Source: Squalus acanthias (taxonomy: Eukaryota). Taken from it: a DNA stretch of 64,000 nucleotides. A program made the position numbers and the translations under genes. Location: positions 53,260,001 through 53,324,000 of the forward strand of contig CM059432.1 of NCBI GenBank assembly GCA_030390025.1, read 5' to 3'. How positions within the stretch are numbered: the first letter of the stretch is position 1; the number at the start of each line of letters is the position of its first letter. Shown piece after piece: positions 13,001-24,928 of this stretch. The notes beneath the pieces are model-generated. The model ran no database searches. It was not told the DNA's origin and worked only from the letters and a program-made list of their open reading frames with translations.

Positions 13001-13827
13001 CTCTTAGACCTATTAGAATTAGTATTTACTGTGGCCATGTTTGATTTAAACCGTTGTTTTCTCTGACTGCCACTTTTGTTTTTCTCCTTCCTATCTTTTG
13101 CTTTTATCCTTGTTTCCCTTTCCTCTGTCTCCCTGCTCAGGTTCCCAACCCCCTGCCATTTTAGTTTAAACCCTCCCCCAGAGCACTAGCAAACACTCCC
13201 CCTAGGACATCGGTCCCGGCCCTGCCCAGGTGTAGACCGTCCGGTTTGTACTGGTCCCACCTCCCCCAGAACCGGTTCCAATGTCCCAGGAATTTGAATC
13301 CCTCCCCCTTGCACCATTCCTCTAGCCGCGTATTCATTTGAAATATCCTTCTATTTCTACTCTGACTAGCACGTGACACTGATAGCAATCCTGAGATTAC
13401 TACCTTTGAGGTCCTATTTTTTAATTTACCTCCTAACTCCCTATATTCTGCTTTTAGGACCTCATCCTATTTTTTACTGATATCGTTGGTACCTATATGC
13501 ACCATGACAACTGGCTGTTCACCCTCCCCTTCCAAAATGCTCTGTAGCCGCTCTGAGACAGCCTTGGCCCTTGTACCAGGGAGGCAACACTACCACCCTG
13601 GAGTCTCGTTTGCGGCCGCAGAAACGCCTATCTATTCCCCTTACAATAGAATCCCCTATCACAATAGCTCTCCCACTCTTTTTCCTCCCATCCTGTGCAG
13701 CAGAACCACCTATGGTGCTAGGAAGTTGGCTGCTGCTGTCTTCCCCTGATAAGCCATCTCCCTCAACAATATCCAAAGCGCTATATCTGTTTGAGAGGGG
13801 GATGGCCACAGGGGACCCCTGCACCAC
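10098..13827 (-). mobile_element. CR1 LINE (ORF1 SGNH-esterase 3' part plus ORF2 APE-RT), nested, degenerate
   Basis: ORF1 'RAIVIGDSIVRGIDRRFCG', 'DGLHL'; ORF2 11437..12786 (GDFN, SDH) and 10104..11534 (PQGSVLGP, FADD); small deletion/frameshift near 11490; ctgctt at both flanks. Confidence 0.95.
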
Positions 13828-14785
13828 CTGCTTCATCATGGACCTTCCCTCCATCATAAGGTCAGAAGTGGGGATGTTTGCTGATGACTACACAGTGTTC
13901 AGTGCCATTCGCAACTCCTCAGATAATGAAGCAATCCAAGCCCGCATGCAACAAGACCTGGACGACATTCAGGATTGGGCTGATAAGTGGCAGGTAACAT
14001 TCGCGCCACACAAGTGCCAGGCAATGACTATCTCCAACAAGCAAGCGTCTAACCACCACCCCTTGACATTCAACGGCATTACTATCGCCGAATCCCCTCA
14101 CCATCAATATCCTGGGGGTCACCATTGACCAGAAATGTAACTGGACCAGCCACATAAATACTGTGGCAACAAGAGCAGGTCAGAGGCTAGGTATTCTGCG
14201 GTGAGTGTCTCACCTCTTGACTCCCCAAAGCCTTTCCACCATCTACAAGGCACAAGTCAGGAGTGTGATGGAATACTCTCCACTTGCTGGATGAGTGCAG
14301 CTCCTACAACACTCAAGAAGCTCGACACCATCCAAGACAATGCAGCCTGCTTGATTGGCACCCCATCCACTACCTTAAACATTCACTCCCTCCACCACCA
14401 GCGTACTGTGGCTGCAGTGTGTATCATCTACAAGATGCACTGCAGCAACTCGTCAAGGCTTCTTCGGCAGCACCTCCCAAACCCACGACCTATACCACTT
14501 AGAAGGACACGGGCAGCAGGCACATGGGAACACCACCACCGGCAAGGTCCCCTCCAAGTCACACACCATCCTGACTTGGAAGTATATCGCCGTTCCTTCA
14601 TCGTCACTGGGTCAAAATCCTGGAACTCCCTCCCTAACAGCATTGTGGGAGTACCTTCACCACATGGACTGCAGCAGTTCAAGAAGGCGGCTCACCATCA
14701 CCTTCTCAAGGGTAATTAGGGATGGGCAATAAATGCTGGCCTTACCAGCAACGCCCACATCCCATAAACAAATATTAAAAAAAAA
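13828..14785 (+). mobile_element. Poly(A)-tailed CR1/L2-group LINE, 3' part (continuation of 9370-10097)
   Basis: Resumes 'FI.DLPSIIRSEVGMFADD'; ends gggcaataaatgctggcc...aaaa. Confidence 0.9.
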
Positions 14786-14801
14786 TTCCATATCTCCTTC
14801 T

Positions 14802-15740
14802 ATAAGAACATAAGAGCATAAGAAATAGGAGCAGGAGTAGGCCATTCAGCCCTTCGAGCCTGCTCCGCCATTCAATGAGATCATGGCTGATCTTCTGCCT
14901 CAATTCACCGGCCCTATCGCCATTTCCCTTGATGCCCTTACTAGTCAGATGTCTATCGACTTCTGTTTTGAATATACCCAATGACTGAGCCTCCACAGCC
15001 CTCTGGGGTAGAGAATTCCAAAGATTCACCACCCTCTGAGTGAAGAAATTTGTTCTAGTCTCAGTCCTGAATGGCCAACCCTTTATCCTGAGGCTGTGGC
15101 CCCTGGTTCTAAACTCCCCAGCCAAGGGAAACATTCTCCCAGCATCCACCCTATCAAGCCCTGTAATAATTTTGTATGCTTCAATGAGATCCCCTCTCAT
15201 TCTTCTGAATTCAAGAGAATACAGGCCTAGTTTACTCGATCTCTTCTCATACGTCAGTCCCAAATCCCAGGAATCAATCTCGTGAACCTTCGTTGCACTC
15301 CCTCTATGGCAAGTATATCCTTTCTTAGGTAAGGAGACCAAAATTGTATACAGTACTCCAGGTGTGGTCTCACCAAGGCCCTATATAATTGGAGTAAGAC
15401 TTCTTTACTCCTGTACTCAAATCCTCTTGTAATGAAGGCCAGCATACCATTTGCCTTCCTAATGGCTTGCTGCACCTGCACATTCACTTTCAGTGACTCA
15501 TGTACAAAGACACCCAGGACCCTTTGAGCATCTGTATTCCCCAATCTTTCACCATTTAGGAAATACTCTGCCTTTCTGTTTTTTCTACCAAAGTGGATAA
15601 CTTCACATTTATCCACATTATATTCCATCTGCCATGTTCTCGCCCACTCACTGAGCCTGTCGAGATCCCCTTGAATCCTCTTCACATCCTCTTCACAACT
15701 GACACTGCCATCTAGCTTTGTATCATCAGCAAATTTGGAA
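14802..15740 (-). mobile_element. CR1 LINE 3' fragment
   Basis: ORFs 15254..15685 and 14775..15341; (ATAAGAAC)-like tail. Confidence 0.92.
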
Positions 15741-16387
15741 TTTGCAACACCACTTTCTTTTGCATGATCATCCGTCCCTGGCTTTCAAGTTTACAGCTAC
15801 CTAGCCTTTGGCTCTCCATGCTTCATAATACTTCTTCAGCTGTCGTTTTTCTCAACCACTTCCTCATCATCATCTTTGATGCCTTGTCCCTTGTAAAACC
15901 AATATTCTCTCCCTTTCTGCTTGTTCCCTGGGTATGGTCCTCTCTTTGCTCCCTCAAGTCAATGGAAAGGAAAATCAGGCGAGATGTATAGCGGGCGGCT
16001 GATTCACTACCACCCATTTTATGCTCCGCAGAAGGTGAAAGTTTTGCCTATTTTCTCTTCTGTACAACGAAAGCACCATATACTACAAGATATAGTATAA
16101 GTGCGACTGACGAATGCATTTAAGATGTTTTGCTGCCATGTTTTTCTCTTGTGTGAACGTCTGCGTGTTTGTTGTTGCTATGCCCTGCAAATATGTGCTC
16201 CCCTGGTTGAATGGCTGCAAAGCAAACTGGTGAGCAGCAGGTGATACCAAAACCCTCTCTCTGTATCTATGACTAATTATGATGCACCCACATCAATGTC
16301 TGGGGTCACCTTTGCTGGTGTTGCTGTGGGTTCACTGCTTTTAGAAATACCATCTACTGCTACTTGCGTAGAGCTGTGTGATGGGAG

Positions 16388-16527
16388 CAATGTTCCCTTT
16401 AAGTTGCGAGGCTGCGCAGCGTTCTGGAGCTCCCGCACAGCCGGTTCACCAGCTTTTAAATGGAAAAACCGTGCATGTGTGGTATTTTGAATGGGCCACG
16501 CACCCAAAAAAATTAAAGGGAACATTG
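16388..16527. mobile_element. hAT-type MITE
   Basis: TIR caatgttccc/gggaacattg; 8-bp TSD gatgggag/gatgggac; related copy at 31265. Confidence 0.8.
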
Positions 16528-17644
16528 GATGGGACAGAACTTGTTGCGACATGAATTCCAGCCACTTGTTTCTGCATTATTCCACACATGCACTGTGAAA
16601 GGGCATTTTTATGATGCCTACTAATCTGTCAGAACACAGACTGATGGCCATCTATGAGGCCTCTGGTCCAATCTCTCCATACCACCTTGCACTGTTGCAT
16701 CTATGGAGGAAATTGACTCTGACCTGGCACATGTGTTCTAACAGTCTTCATTGGAAAGCAGATCCACTGAGGGTTGTGTCCACATGTAACATGGAAACAA
16801 AGCGGGTAGATGTTGTTAAGATACAAATCAGCCATGATCTAATTGAACAGCTCGAGGGGCTGAAGGGCCTACTCCTGTTCCTGTGTTCTTAACTCAGCAT
16901 GTTGGACTTCTGCCCTGTACCTGTTGGCCACTCATCAATCCCCACTATGGAATCAAGGAATGCTACAGTACAGAAACAGGTCATTTGGCCCATAAAACCT
17001 GCGTTGGTGTTTTCTCCCTATGAGCTAACTAGTCCAATCCTACTTTCCTGCGCACTCCCCCAACCCCTTAATATTTCTATTTTTCAAAAAATTATTTAAT
17101 TTCCTTTTAAAGTATTTATGGACTCTGCTTCAATAATGGTTTGTGTCGTGGAGTTCCACCCTCTGTGTAAAGACATTTTTTCTACCCTCCTATTTAATTC
17201 TTTTTGTGATTATTTTAAATTTGTGTCCTTCATCTTCATTACCAGAGCCCTAAGCTTGACACTGTCCTTCCTCAACCACATCATTATTTTATTATCTGCT
17301 CTGATATTGCATCCATGGTGATAGCGATGAGTAGTTTTCTTTCTGTTCCCCTTGCAGATCAATGGGTTCTTCTTGTGAAAAAAAACAAATATGTAGTGTA
17401 TTGTAGTTACATATTATTATGTGCTTGTGCACAATCAGTTGGTATGGGCACTGACTGTGCACATGTACATAATAATACTAGAAGATATGATTAATATGGT
17501 ACATATTAATAGGTCTCCTCAGGCCTCCAATATCCACAATCTCCAGGTCTTTCAGAGCCTCTGGGCTAAATAAATCTACAATTCTATCTTTATATTCAGT
17601 GAGATGTTTCAGCTGCTATGATCCACCATCTGTTGTAAATGTTC

Positions 17645-18075
17645 CCTTGCTTCAGTTGGTAGCGTAACCCTTCCGAGTCGGAAGATTGTGAGCTCATGCC
17701 CCACTCCAGGACTTGATCACATAATCTAGGCTGACACTCCTGTCTAGTCGTGAGGGAATGCTGCATTGTCAGATGTGCTGTCTTTCAGATAAGGTCCCAA
17801 CTGCCTGCTGCAGTGGTACAGATGGTTGCCAAAGATCCCATGGTACTATTCAAAGAAGAGCAGAGTGTTCTTCCAGTGTCCTGGCCAATATGTGTTCCTC
17901 AACCGATACCACCAAAAACTGATCATTCGTCTAATTTGCTGTTTGTGGCATTTTGGTGTGCACAAAATGGTTGATGCATTTGTCTACATAACAACAAACT
18001 TTGCACTTTATTTTACGTGAAGCTCTTTAAAATGTTACTGAAAGATGTGATGAAATATACAAGCAAGTCTTTTGA
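17645..18075 (+). mobile_element. tRNA-derived Deu-domain SINE (SacSINE1-like), decayed
   Basis: tRNA-like head, 'atctaggctgacactcc..gagggaatgctgcattgtcagatgtgctgtctttcagat' core, L2-like tail. Confidence 0.7.
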
Positions 18076-18837
18076 CTTTCCTTTCATCCTATGCTTATGT
18101 ACAAGTTGAGCCTCTGAAAATAGAATTGTTTGGATTGAGACAGAGTGATTTGGTCTATGGAAAGTCCTTCCTGCAGTCCATTCCCTTTGTCATCATGAAA
18201 TGTATAAAATAATTTACCTGCTATAATATAACCTTTCTATTTTTACTTGAAGTCTCTAACTTGTTACAACTGATTTTCTTTTATCTCTATACACTTGCTG
18301 TGCTGTTACTTTACAGGCTTACCGCCGTATTCATTTTGAGTTGTACAACTTTTTTTGCCCCTCCTTACTATAGCATATATGAAGTTCACATTCCTGCAAC
18401 ACGACCACAACTGGCTTTGCCTCCAAACATACTGGGCGAAGGCCTTCCTGCAGGCCACCATGGGAAAAAAGGGGGTTTCAAACTTGATGCTCAGCCATTG
18501 AGCAAAAATATTGGCCTGTAATTTGCGGTCAGCGGCGAAGCTAAGGCGTTCGCCGCTGGCCCCAAAGTAAGCTTCCCACAAAGATCTCGCGATCTCTGTG
18601 ACGAGAAGTTCCGCTTTTCTGACGTGCAGTTGAAACCATCGCAGTTTAGTGGGAATCACATAGTGACGTCAACAAGTAAGCAGCCAATCACAATGCAGAA
18701 TTCTCACAGACCGAGAACCAGGAAGTGAGTAAGCTCATACAATAGCAAAATACTGCGGATGCTGGAAATTTGAAATAACAACAGAAAATGCTGGAAACAC
18801 TCAGCAGGCCAGGCAACATCCATGGAGAGAGAAACAG

Positions 18838-18874
18838 AGTTAACGTTTCAGGTCTGGGACCCTTCTTCAGAACT
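18838..18874 (-). ncRNA. Minimal hammerhead motif (Penelope family A)
   Basis: Reverse strand agtt-CTGAAGA-a-gggtc-cca-gacct-GAAA-cg-TT-aact. Confidence 0.65.
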
Positions 18875-19387
18875 GGAAAAAGCTGAAGATGTAACAGATT
18901 TTAAGCAGGTGCAGAGGCAAGGAGGGGGTGGGGGGGAAAGGGAGGGTAAGATCTGAAGGAACAGTCTGTGCTAGGGTAGGAGGCAGGAGAGATTAAATGT
19001 TGCAAATGGGGATATCAGATTCATACAGCCTGAGGGGTTATAGTCTGAAATTGTTGAATTCAATGTTGAGTCCAGAAGACTGTAAAGTGCCTAATCGAAA
19101 GATGAGGTGCTGTTCCTCGAGCTTACGTTGAGCTTCATTGGAACAATGTAAGAGGCCGAGGACAGAGAGATCAGAGTGGGAGCGAAGCGGAGAATTAACG
19201 TGACAGGCGACCGGAAGCTCGGGGTCACCCTTACGGACAGAAAGGAGGTGTTCCACAAAGCGGTCGCCCAATCTGCGTTTGGTCTCCCCAATGTAGCTAT
19301 GATGCGGAGATGCCGGTGTTTGACTGGGGTGGACAAAAATGAGAAGTCGCACAACACCAGGTTATAGTCCAACAGTTTTATTTGAAA

Positions 19388-19424
19388 TCACGAGCTTTCG
19401 GAGCGCTGCTCCTTCATCAGGTAA
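19388..19424 (-). ncRNA. Minimal hammerhead motif (Penelope family B, inverted copy)
   Basis: Reverse strand ttac-CTGATGA-a-ggagc-agc-gctcc-GAAA-gc-TC-gtga. Confidence 0.65.
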
Positions 19425-20659
19425 AGTGAGGGAATACAAATCAGCAAAGCATATATAGACAGAGAACAATGTGTTTCTGACTGCCCTCCATCACACCTCG
19501 GCAGAGATACAATCAGTCAGGAAGGCATTACATCAAAGACACAGCAAAATACAGCTAAGACAATGAGGTGGGGTCACAGGGGGTCCAACGTGTCAAATGC
19601 TGCAGTCTACAGTTAAGCTTTTTACTTTTTTTTAAAACTGGAAATCACATCTGTGAACAAGACAACGACGACTCGAGTCTGGATGACTCTACGTCATGTA
19701 GCGTGACATGAAACCAAGATCCCGGTTGAGGCCGTCCTCATGGGTGCGGAACTTGGCTATCAGTTTCTGCTCGATGATTTTGCGTTGTCGTGTGCCTCGA
19801 AGGCCGCCTTGGAGAACGCTAACCCGCAGATCCGAGGCTGAATGTCCTTGACTGCTGAAGTGTTCCCCGACTGGGAGGTAACAATCCTGCCTGGCGATTG
19901 TTGCGCGGTGTCCGTTCATACGTTGTCTCAGTGACTGCATGGTCTCGCCGATGTACCATGCTGTGGTGCATCCTTTCCTGCAACGTATGAGGTAGATAAC
20001 GTTGGCCGAGTCACATGAGTATGTACCATGTACCTGGTGGATAGTGTCCTCACGTGTGATGATGGTATCTGTGTTGCTGATCTGGCATGTCTTGCAGAGG
20101 TTGCCATGGCAGGGATGTGTGGTGTCGTGGTCGCTGTTCCCCTGACAGCTGGGTAATTTGCTGCGAACAATGGTACTTTTGAGGTTAGGCGGCTGCTTGA
20201 AGGCGAGTAGTGGAGCCGTGGGGATGGCCTTAGCGATGGATCTTGGTTTCATTTTACGCTACATGACGTAGAGTCATCCAGACTCGAGTCGTCGTTGTCT
20301 TGTTCACAGATGTGATTTCCAGTTTAAAAAAAAAGTAAAAAGCTTAACTGCAGACTACAGCATTTGACACGTTGAACCCCCTGTGACCCCACCTCATTGT
20401 CTTAGCTGTATTTTGCTGTGTCTTTGATGTAATGCCTTCCTGACTGATTGTATCTCTGCTGAGGTGTGATGGAGGGCAATCAGAAACACATTGTTCTCTG
20501 TCTATATATGCTTTGCTGATTTGTATTCCCTCACTTTACCTGATGAAGGAGCAGCGCTCCGAAAGCACATGATTTCAAATAAAACTGTTGGACTATAACC
20601 TGGTGTTGTGCGACTTCTAATTTTTGTCCACCCCAGTCCAACACCGGCATCTCCGCATC

Positions 20660-23337
20660 ATGGCCACTATTGACACCACAAACTGCCGGCTCAAAGTGGA
20701 GAGAATCTCCAAGAAGATCGCGCATATCGACACAGACATCAAGTATCTACAGAGATGCAAGAAAGCAGACAAGATCCCGAAATGACTACAGATCACGAAC
20801 CCACTCAAGTCGACATACAACACAGACTACGCTGAGAGACTCTGCCGTCGTACCTCTCGCACACTCCTCAACCATCTCGTACACCAGCTCTACAGCAGAC
20901 GCCGCAACCTTGAAACCAAGATAGAGTCCATGCTCTCAGCCTGTGCTCAGGACACAGCAGACCAGCTACGAGACACCGCCAAACAGACGAGGCAACGGAA
21001 CTACGCTGCCTACATGCGCATCAAGAACAGGAAGCTTGAGAAACTCGGCATCACCACCAGCAGCAACCAAGCCTCCCCGGTACCACGGTTGCAACCACAG
21101 GGAAGTCCATCGTCAACTTGTCCGACCACACCCTTTAACCAGACGAAATCGAAGTTCTCGCCCGAGGGCTCAAGTTCTGCCCCACCACCAAAATGGACCC
21201 CATCGGTCTTGCGGCAGACACAGAGGAATTCATCAGGAGAATGAGGATCCGGGAATACTTCCACAAATCCCAAGATGTCAGCAACAAACCCAATGAGACA
21301 ATCAATGATCCGGAACAGCAGACAGAGGGACCCGCAGTGCAGCAACCAAAGAAGAAAGAGTCAAATTGGACCCCTCTGGAGGGTCGCTGCCCTAAGCTTG
21401 ACATGTATGCTCAAGCTGTCAGGAAATGCATCAATGCCAGATTCATCAGCCGCACTTACAAGACAGTCCAGATTGTCACCTGAGCACAACGCAACGCCAT
21501 CCAAGCTCTCAAGACCAACCGCAACATCGTCATCAAACCAGCGGACAAAGGAGGAGCCATCGTCATACAGAACAGAATGGACTATTGCAAAGAAGCATAC
21601 CGACAACTGGACAACCAGGAACACTACAGACAGTTACCCGCAGATCCGACCAAAGAACACACCCGCCAACGCAATAGACTGATCAAGACCTTCGATCTAG
21701 ACCTTCAAAACATCCTACGCGCTCTCATCCCACGTACTCCCCGCGTGGGAGACTTCTACTGCCTCCCAAAGATACACAAAGCCAACACACCCAGACGTCC
21801 TATCGTATCAGGCAACGGAACCCTGTGTGAGAACCTCTCTGGGAACGTCGAGGGCATCCTGAAACCCATCGTACAGGGAACCCCCAGCTTCTGTCGCGAC
21901 ACTACAGACTTCTTGCAGAAACTCAGCACCCATAGACCAGTTGAACCAGGAACAATCCTTGCCACGATGGACGTATCGGCACTTTACACCAGTATCCGCC
22001 ACGATGACGGCATCGCTGCGACAGCCTCAGTACTCAACACCAACAACAGCCAATCTCCAGACGCCATCCTACAACTCATCCGCTTCATCCTTGACCACAA
22101 TGTCTTCACCTTCGACAACCAGTTTTTTACCCAAACACACGGAACAACCATGGGGACCAAATTCGCACCCCAATAAGCCAACATCTTCATGCACAAGTTC
22201 GAGTAAAGACTTCTTCGCTGCACAGGACCTCCAACCAACGCTGTACACCAGATACATCGACGACATTTTCTTCCTTCGGACCCACGGCGAAGGATCACTG
22301 AAAGGACTACACGATAACATCAACAGGTTCCATCCCACCATCAAACTCACCATGGACTACTCCTCAGAATCGGTTTCATTCTTGGACACACGAATCTCCA
22401 TCAAAGACAGACACCTCAGCACTTCACTCTACCGCAAGCCCACGGACAACCTCATGATGCTCCACTTCTCCAGCTTCCACCCTAACCACGTTAAAGAAGC
22501 CATCCCCTATGGACAAGCCCTGCGAATACACAGGATCTGCTCAGATGAGGAGGAACGCGATGGACACCTACGGACGCTGAAAGACGCCCTCGTAAGAATG
22601 GGATATGACGCTCGACTCGTCGATCGACAGTTCCGATGGGCCACAGCGAAAAATCGCATAGACCTCCTCAGAAGGCGAACACGGGACACAACCAACAGAG
22701 TACCCTACGTCGTCCAGTACTTCCCCGGAGAGGAGAAACTATGCCATGTTCTTCGCAGCCTTCAACATGTCATCAATGATGACGAACACCTCGCTAAGGC
22801 CATCCCCACGCCTCCACTACTCACTTTCAAGCAGCCGCCTAACCTCAAAAGTACCATCGTTCGCAGCAAATTACCCAGCTGTCAGGAGAACAGTGACCAC
22901 GACACCACATAACCCTGCCACGGCAACCTCTGCAAGACATGCCAGATCAGCAACACAGATACCATCATCACACATGAGGACACTACCCACCAGGTACATG
23001 GTACATACTCATGTGACTCGGCCAACGTTGTCTACCTCATACGTTGCAGGAAAGGATGCACCGCAGCATGGTACATCGGCGAGACCATGCAGTCACTGAG
23101 ACAACATATGAACGGACACCGCACAACAATCGCCAGGCAGGATTGTTACCTCCCAGTCGGGGAACACTTCAGCAGTCAAGGACATTCAGCCTCGGATCTG
23201 CGGGTTAGCGTTCTCCAAGGCGGCCTTCGAGACACACGACAACGCAAAACATCGAGCAGAAACTGATAGCCAAGTTCCGCACCCATGAGGATGGCCTCAA
23301 CCAGGATCTTGGTTTCATGTCACGCTACATGACGTAG
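20660..23337 (+). pseudogene. Penelope RT + GIY-YIG endonuclease ORF, disrupted by stops and frameshifts
   Basis: ATG 20660 (MATIDTTNCRLK); KPADKGG, LPKIHK, DVSALYT, MGTKFAP, YTRYIDDIF, YIGET motifs spread over several ORF fragments. Confidence 0.9.
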
Positions 23338-23601
23338 AGTCATCCAGACTCGAGTCGTCGTTGTCTTGTTCACAGATGTGATTTCCAGTTTTAAAAAAAA
23401 GTAAAAAGCTTAACTGCAGACTGCAGCATTTGACACGTTGGACCCCCTGTGACCCCACCTCATTGTCTTAGCTGTATTTTGCTGTGTCTTTGATGTAATG
23501 CCTTCCTGACAGATTGTATCTCTGCCGAGGTGTGATGGAGGGCAGTCAGAAACACATTGTTCTCTGTCTATATATGCTTTGCTGATTTGTATTCCCTCAC
23601 T

Positions 23602-23638
23602 TTACCTGATGAAGGAGCAGCGCTCCGAAAGCTCGTGA
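23602..23638 (+). ncRNA. Minimal hammerhead motif (Penelope family B, 3' pLTR)
   Basis: ttac-CTGATGA-a-ggagc-agc-gctcc-GAAA-gc-TC-gtga; the 5' pLTR copy near 20536-20572 is mutated at the UH site. Confidence 0.7.
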
Positions 23639-24928
23639 TTTCAAATAAAACTGTTGGACTATAACCTGGTGTTGTGCGACTTCTCATTTTTTCCCAATGT
23701 AGAGGAGACTGTGAGCAGCAAATACAGTATACTAAATTGCAAGAAGTACAAGTAAATCGCTGTTTCACCTGGAAAGGGTGTTTGGGGTCCTGGACAGTGG
23801 GAAGGGAGGAAGTAAAAGGGCAGGTATTGCATCTCCTGCGCTTGCACGGGAAGGTGCCGGGCGAAGGGGAAGGGGTGTTGGGGGTGATTGAGGAGTGGAC
23901 CAAGGTGTCACGGAGGGAGCGGTCCCTTCGGAATGCTGAAAGGGGAGGTGAGGGGAAGATGCATTTGGTGGTGGGATCACGTTGGAGGTGGCGAAAATGG
24001 CGGAGGATGATCCGTTGAATGTGGAGACTGGTGGTGTGAAAGGTGAGGACAAGGGGAACCCTATCATGGTTCTGGGAGGGACGGGAAGGGGTGAGAGCAG
24101 AAGTGCAGGGAAAAGGAACGGTTCACGGTCAAGGGCCGTGCCAACCACAGTAGAGGGGAATCCTCGGCTGAGGAAAAAGGAAGACATATCGGAAGCACTG
24201 GTATGGAAGGTGGCATCGTCAGAACAGATGCGGCGGAGACGGAGAATGGAATAGAGTCCTTACAGGAAGCGGGGTTGGAGGAAGTGTAGTCCAGGTAGCT
24301 GTGGGAGTCAGTGGGCTTGTAGTGGATGTTTGTTAACAGCCTATCACCAGAAATGGAGACAGAGAAGTCAAGGAAGGGAAGTGAACAGTCGGAGATGGAC
24401 CATGTGAAGGTGAAGGAAGGGTGGAAATTGGAAGTAAAGTGAATGAACTTTTCTAGTTCAGGACGAGAGCTTGAAACGGCACCGATACAGTCATCGATGT
24501 ACCGGAAAAAGAGGTGAGGGAGGGGACCTGAGTAGGACTGGAAAAAAGAATGTTCCACATAGCCCATGAAAAGGTAGTCATAGCTAGGGCCCATGCAGGT
24601 TTCCATAGCAACACCTTTAATTTGGAGGAAGTGAGTGGAGTCAAAGGAGAAGTGAGTAAGCTCCTTTGATTCTAATTTTTTTTTAAATGTTATAGAAAGC
24701 AAAACAAAGATTGGGGCTCTCACATGGGGAAAAGGTAAACCTGAAATAAAGATGCACAAATTAAAAAAAAATATATATTTTTTAAGTTTCTTAAAATGTT
24801 TTATTTTTATTAAAATGGGTAAATTTGACATTCCACAAAATTTAAATTAGTTTTTTAGGACCATAACCTTTGTTTAGCAGTCAATATGCTGTTAAAACCC
24901 CAGTTACACCTAATACAAAAGGGTCTAA

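Larger units (their letters stand above)
19297..23692 (+). mobile_element. Near full-length Penelope-like element family B with 5' inverted segment and pLTRs
   Basis: Inverted copy 19297-20236, direct pLTR 20238-20660, ORF, 3' pLTR to 23692; 10-bp TSD cccaatgtag (19287-19296, 23693-23702). Confidence 0.93.
18737..24648 (-). mobile_element. Penelope-like element family A (RT 23700-24648; GIY-YIG and terminus 18737-19296), interrupted
   Basis: RT 'GVAM..MGPSY..RYIDD' (ORF 24064..24831), GIY-YIG ORF 19038..19352; 15-bp TSD gaagtgagtaagctc (18722-18736, 24649-24663). Confidence 0.9.
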
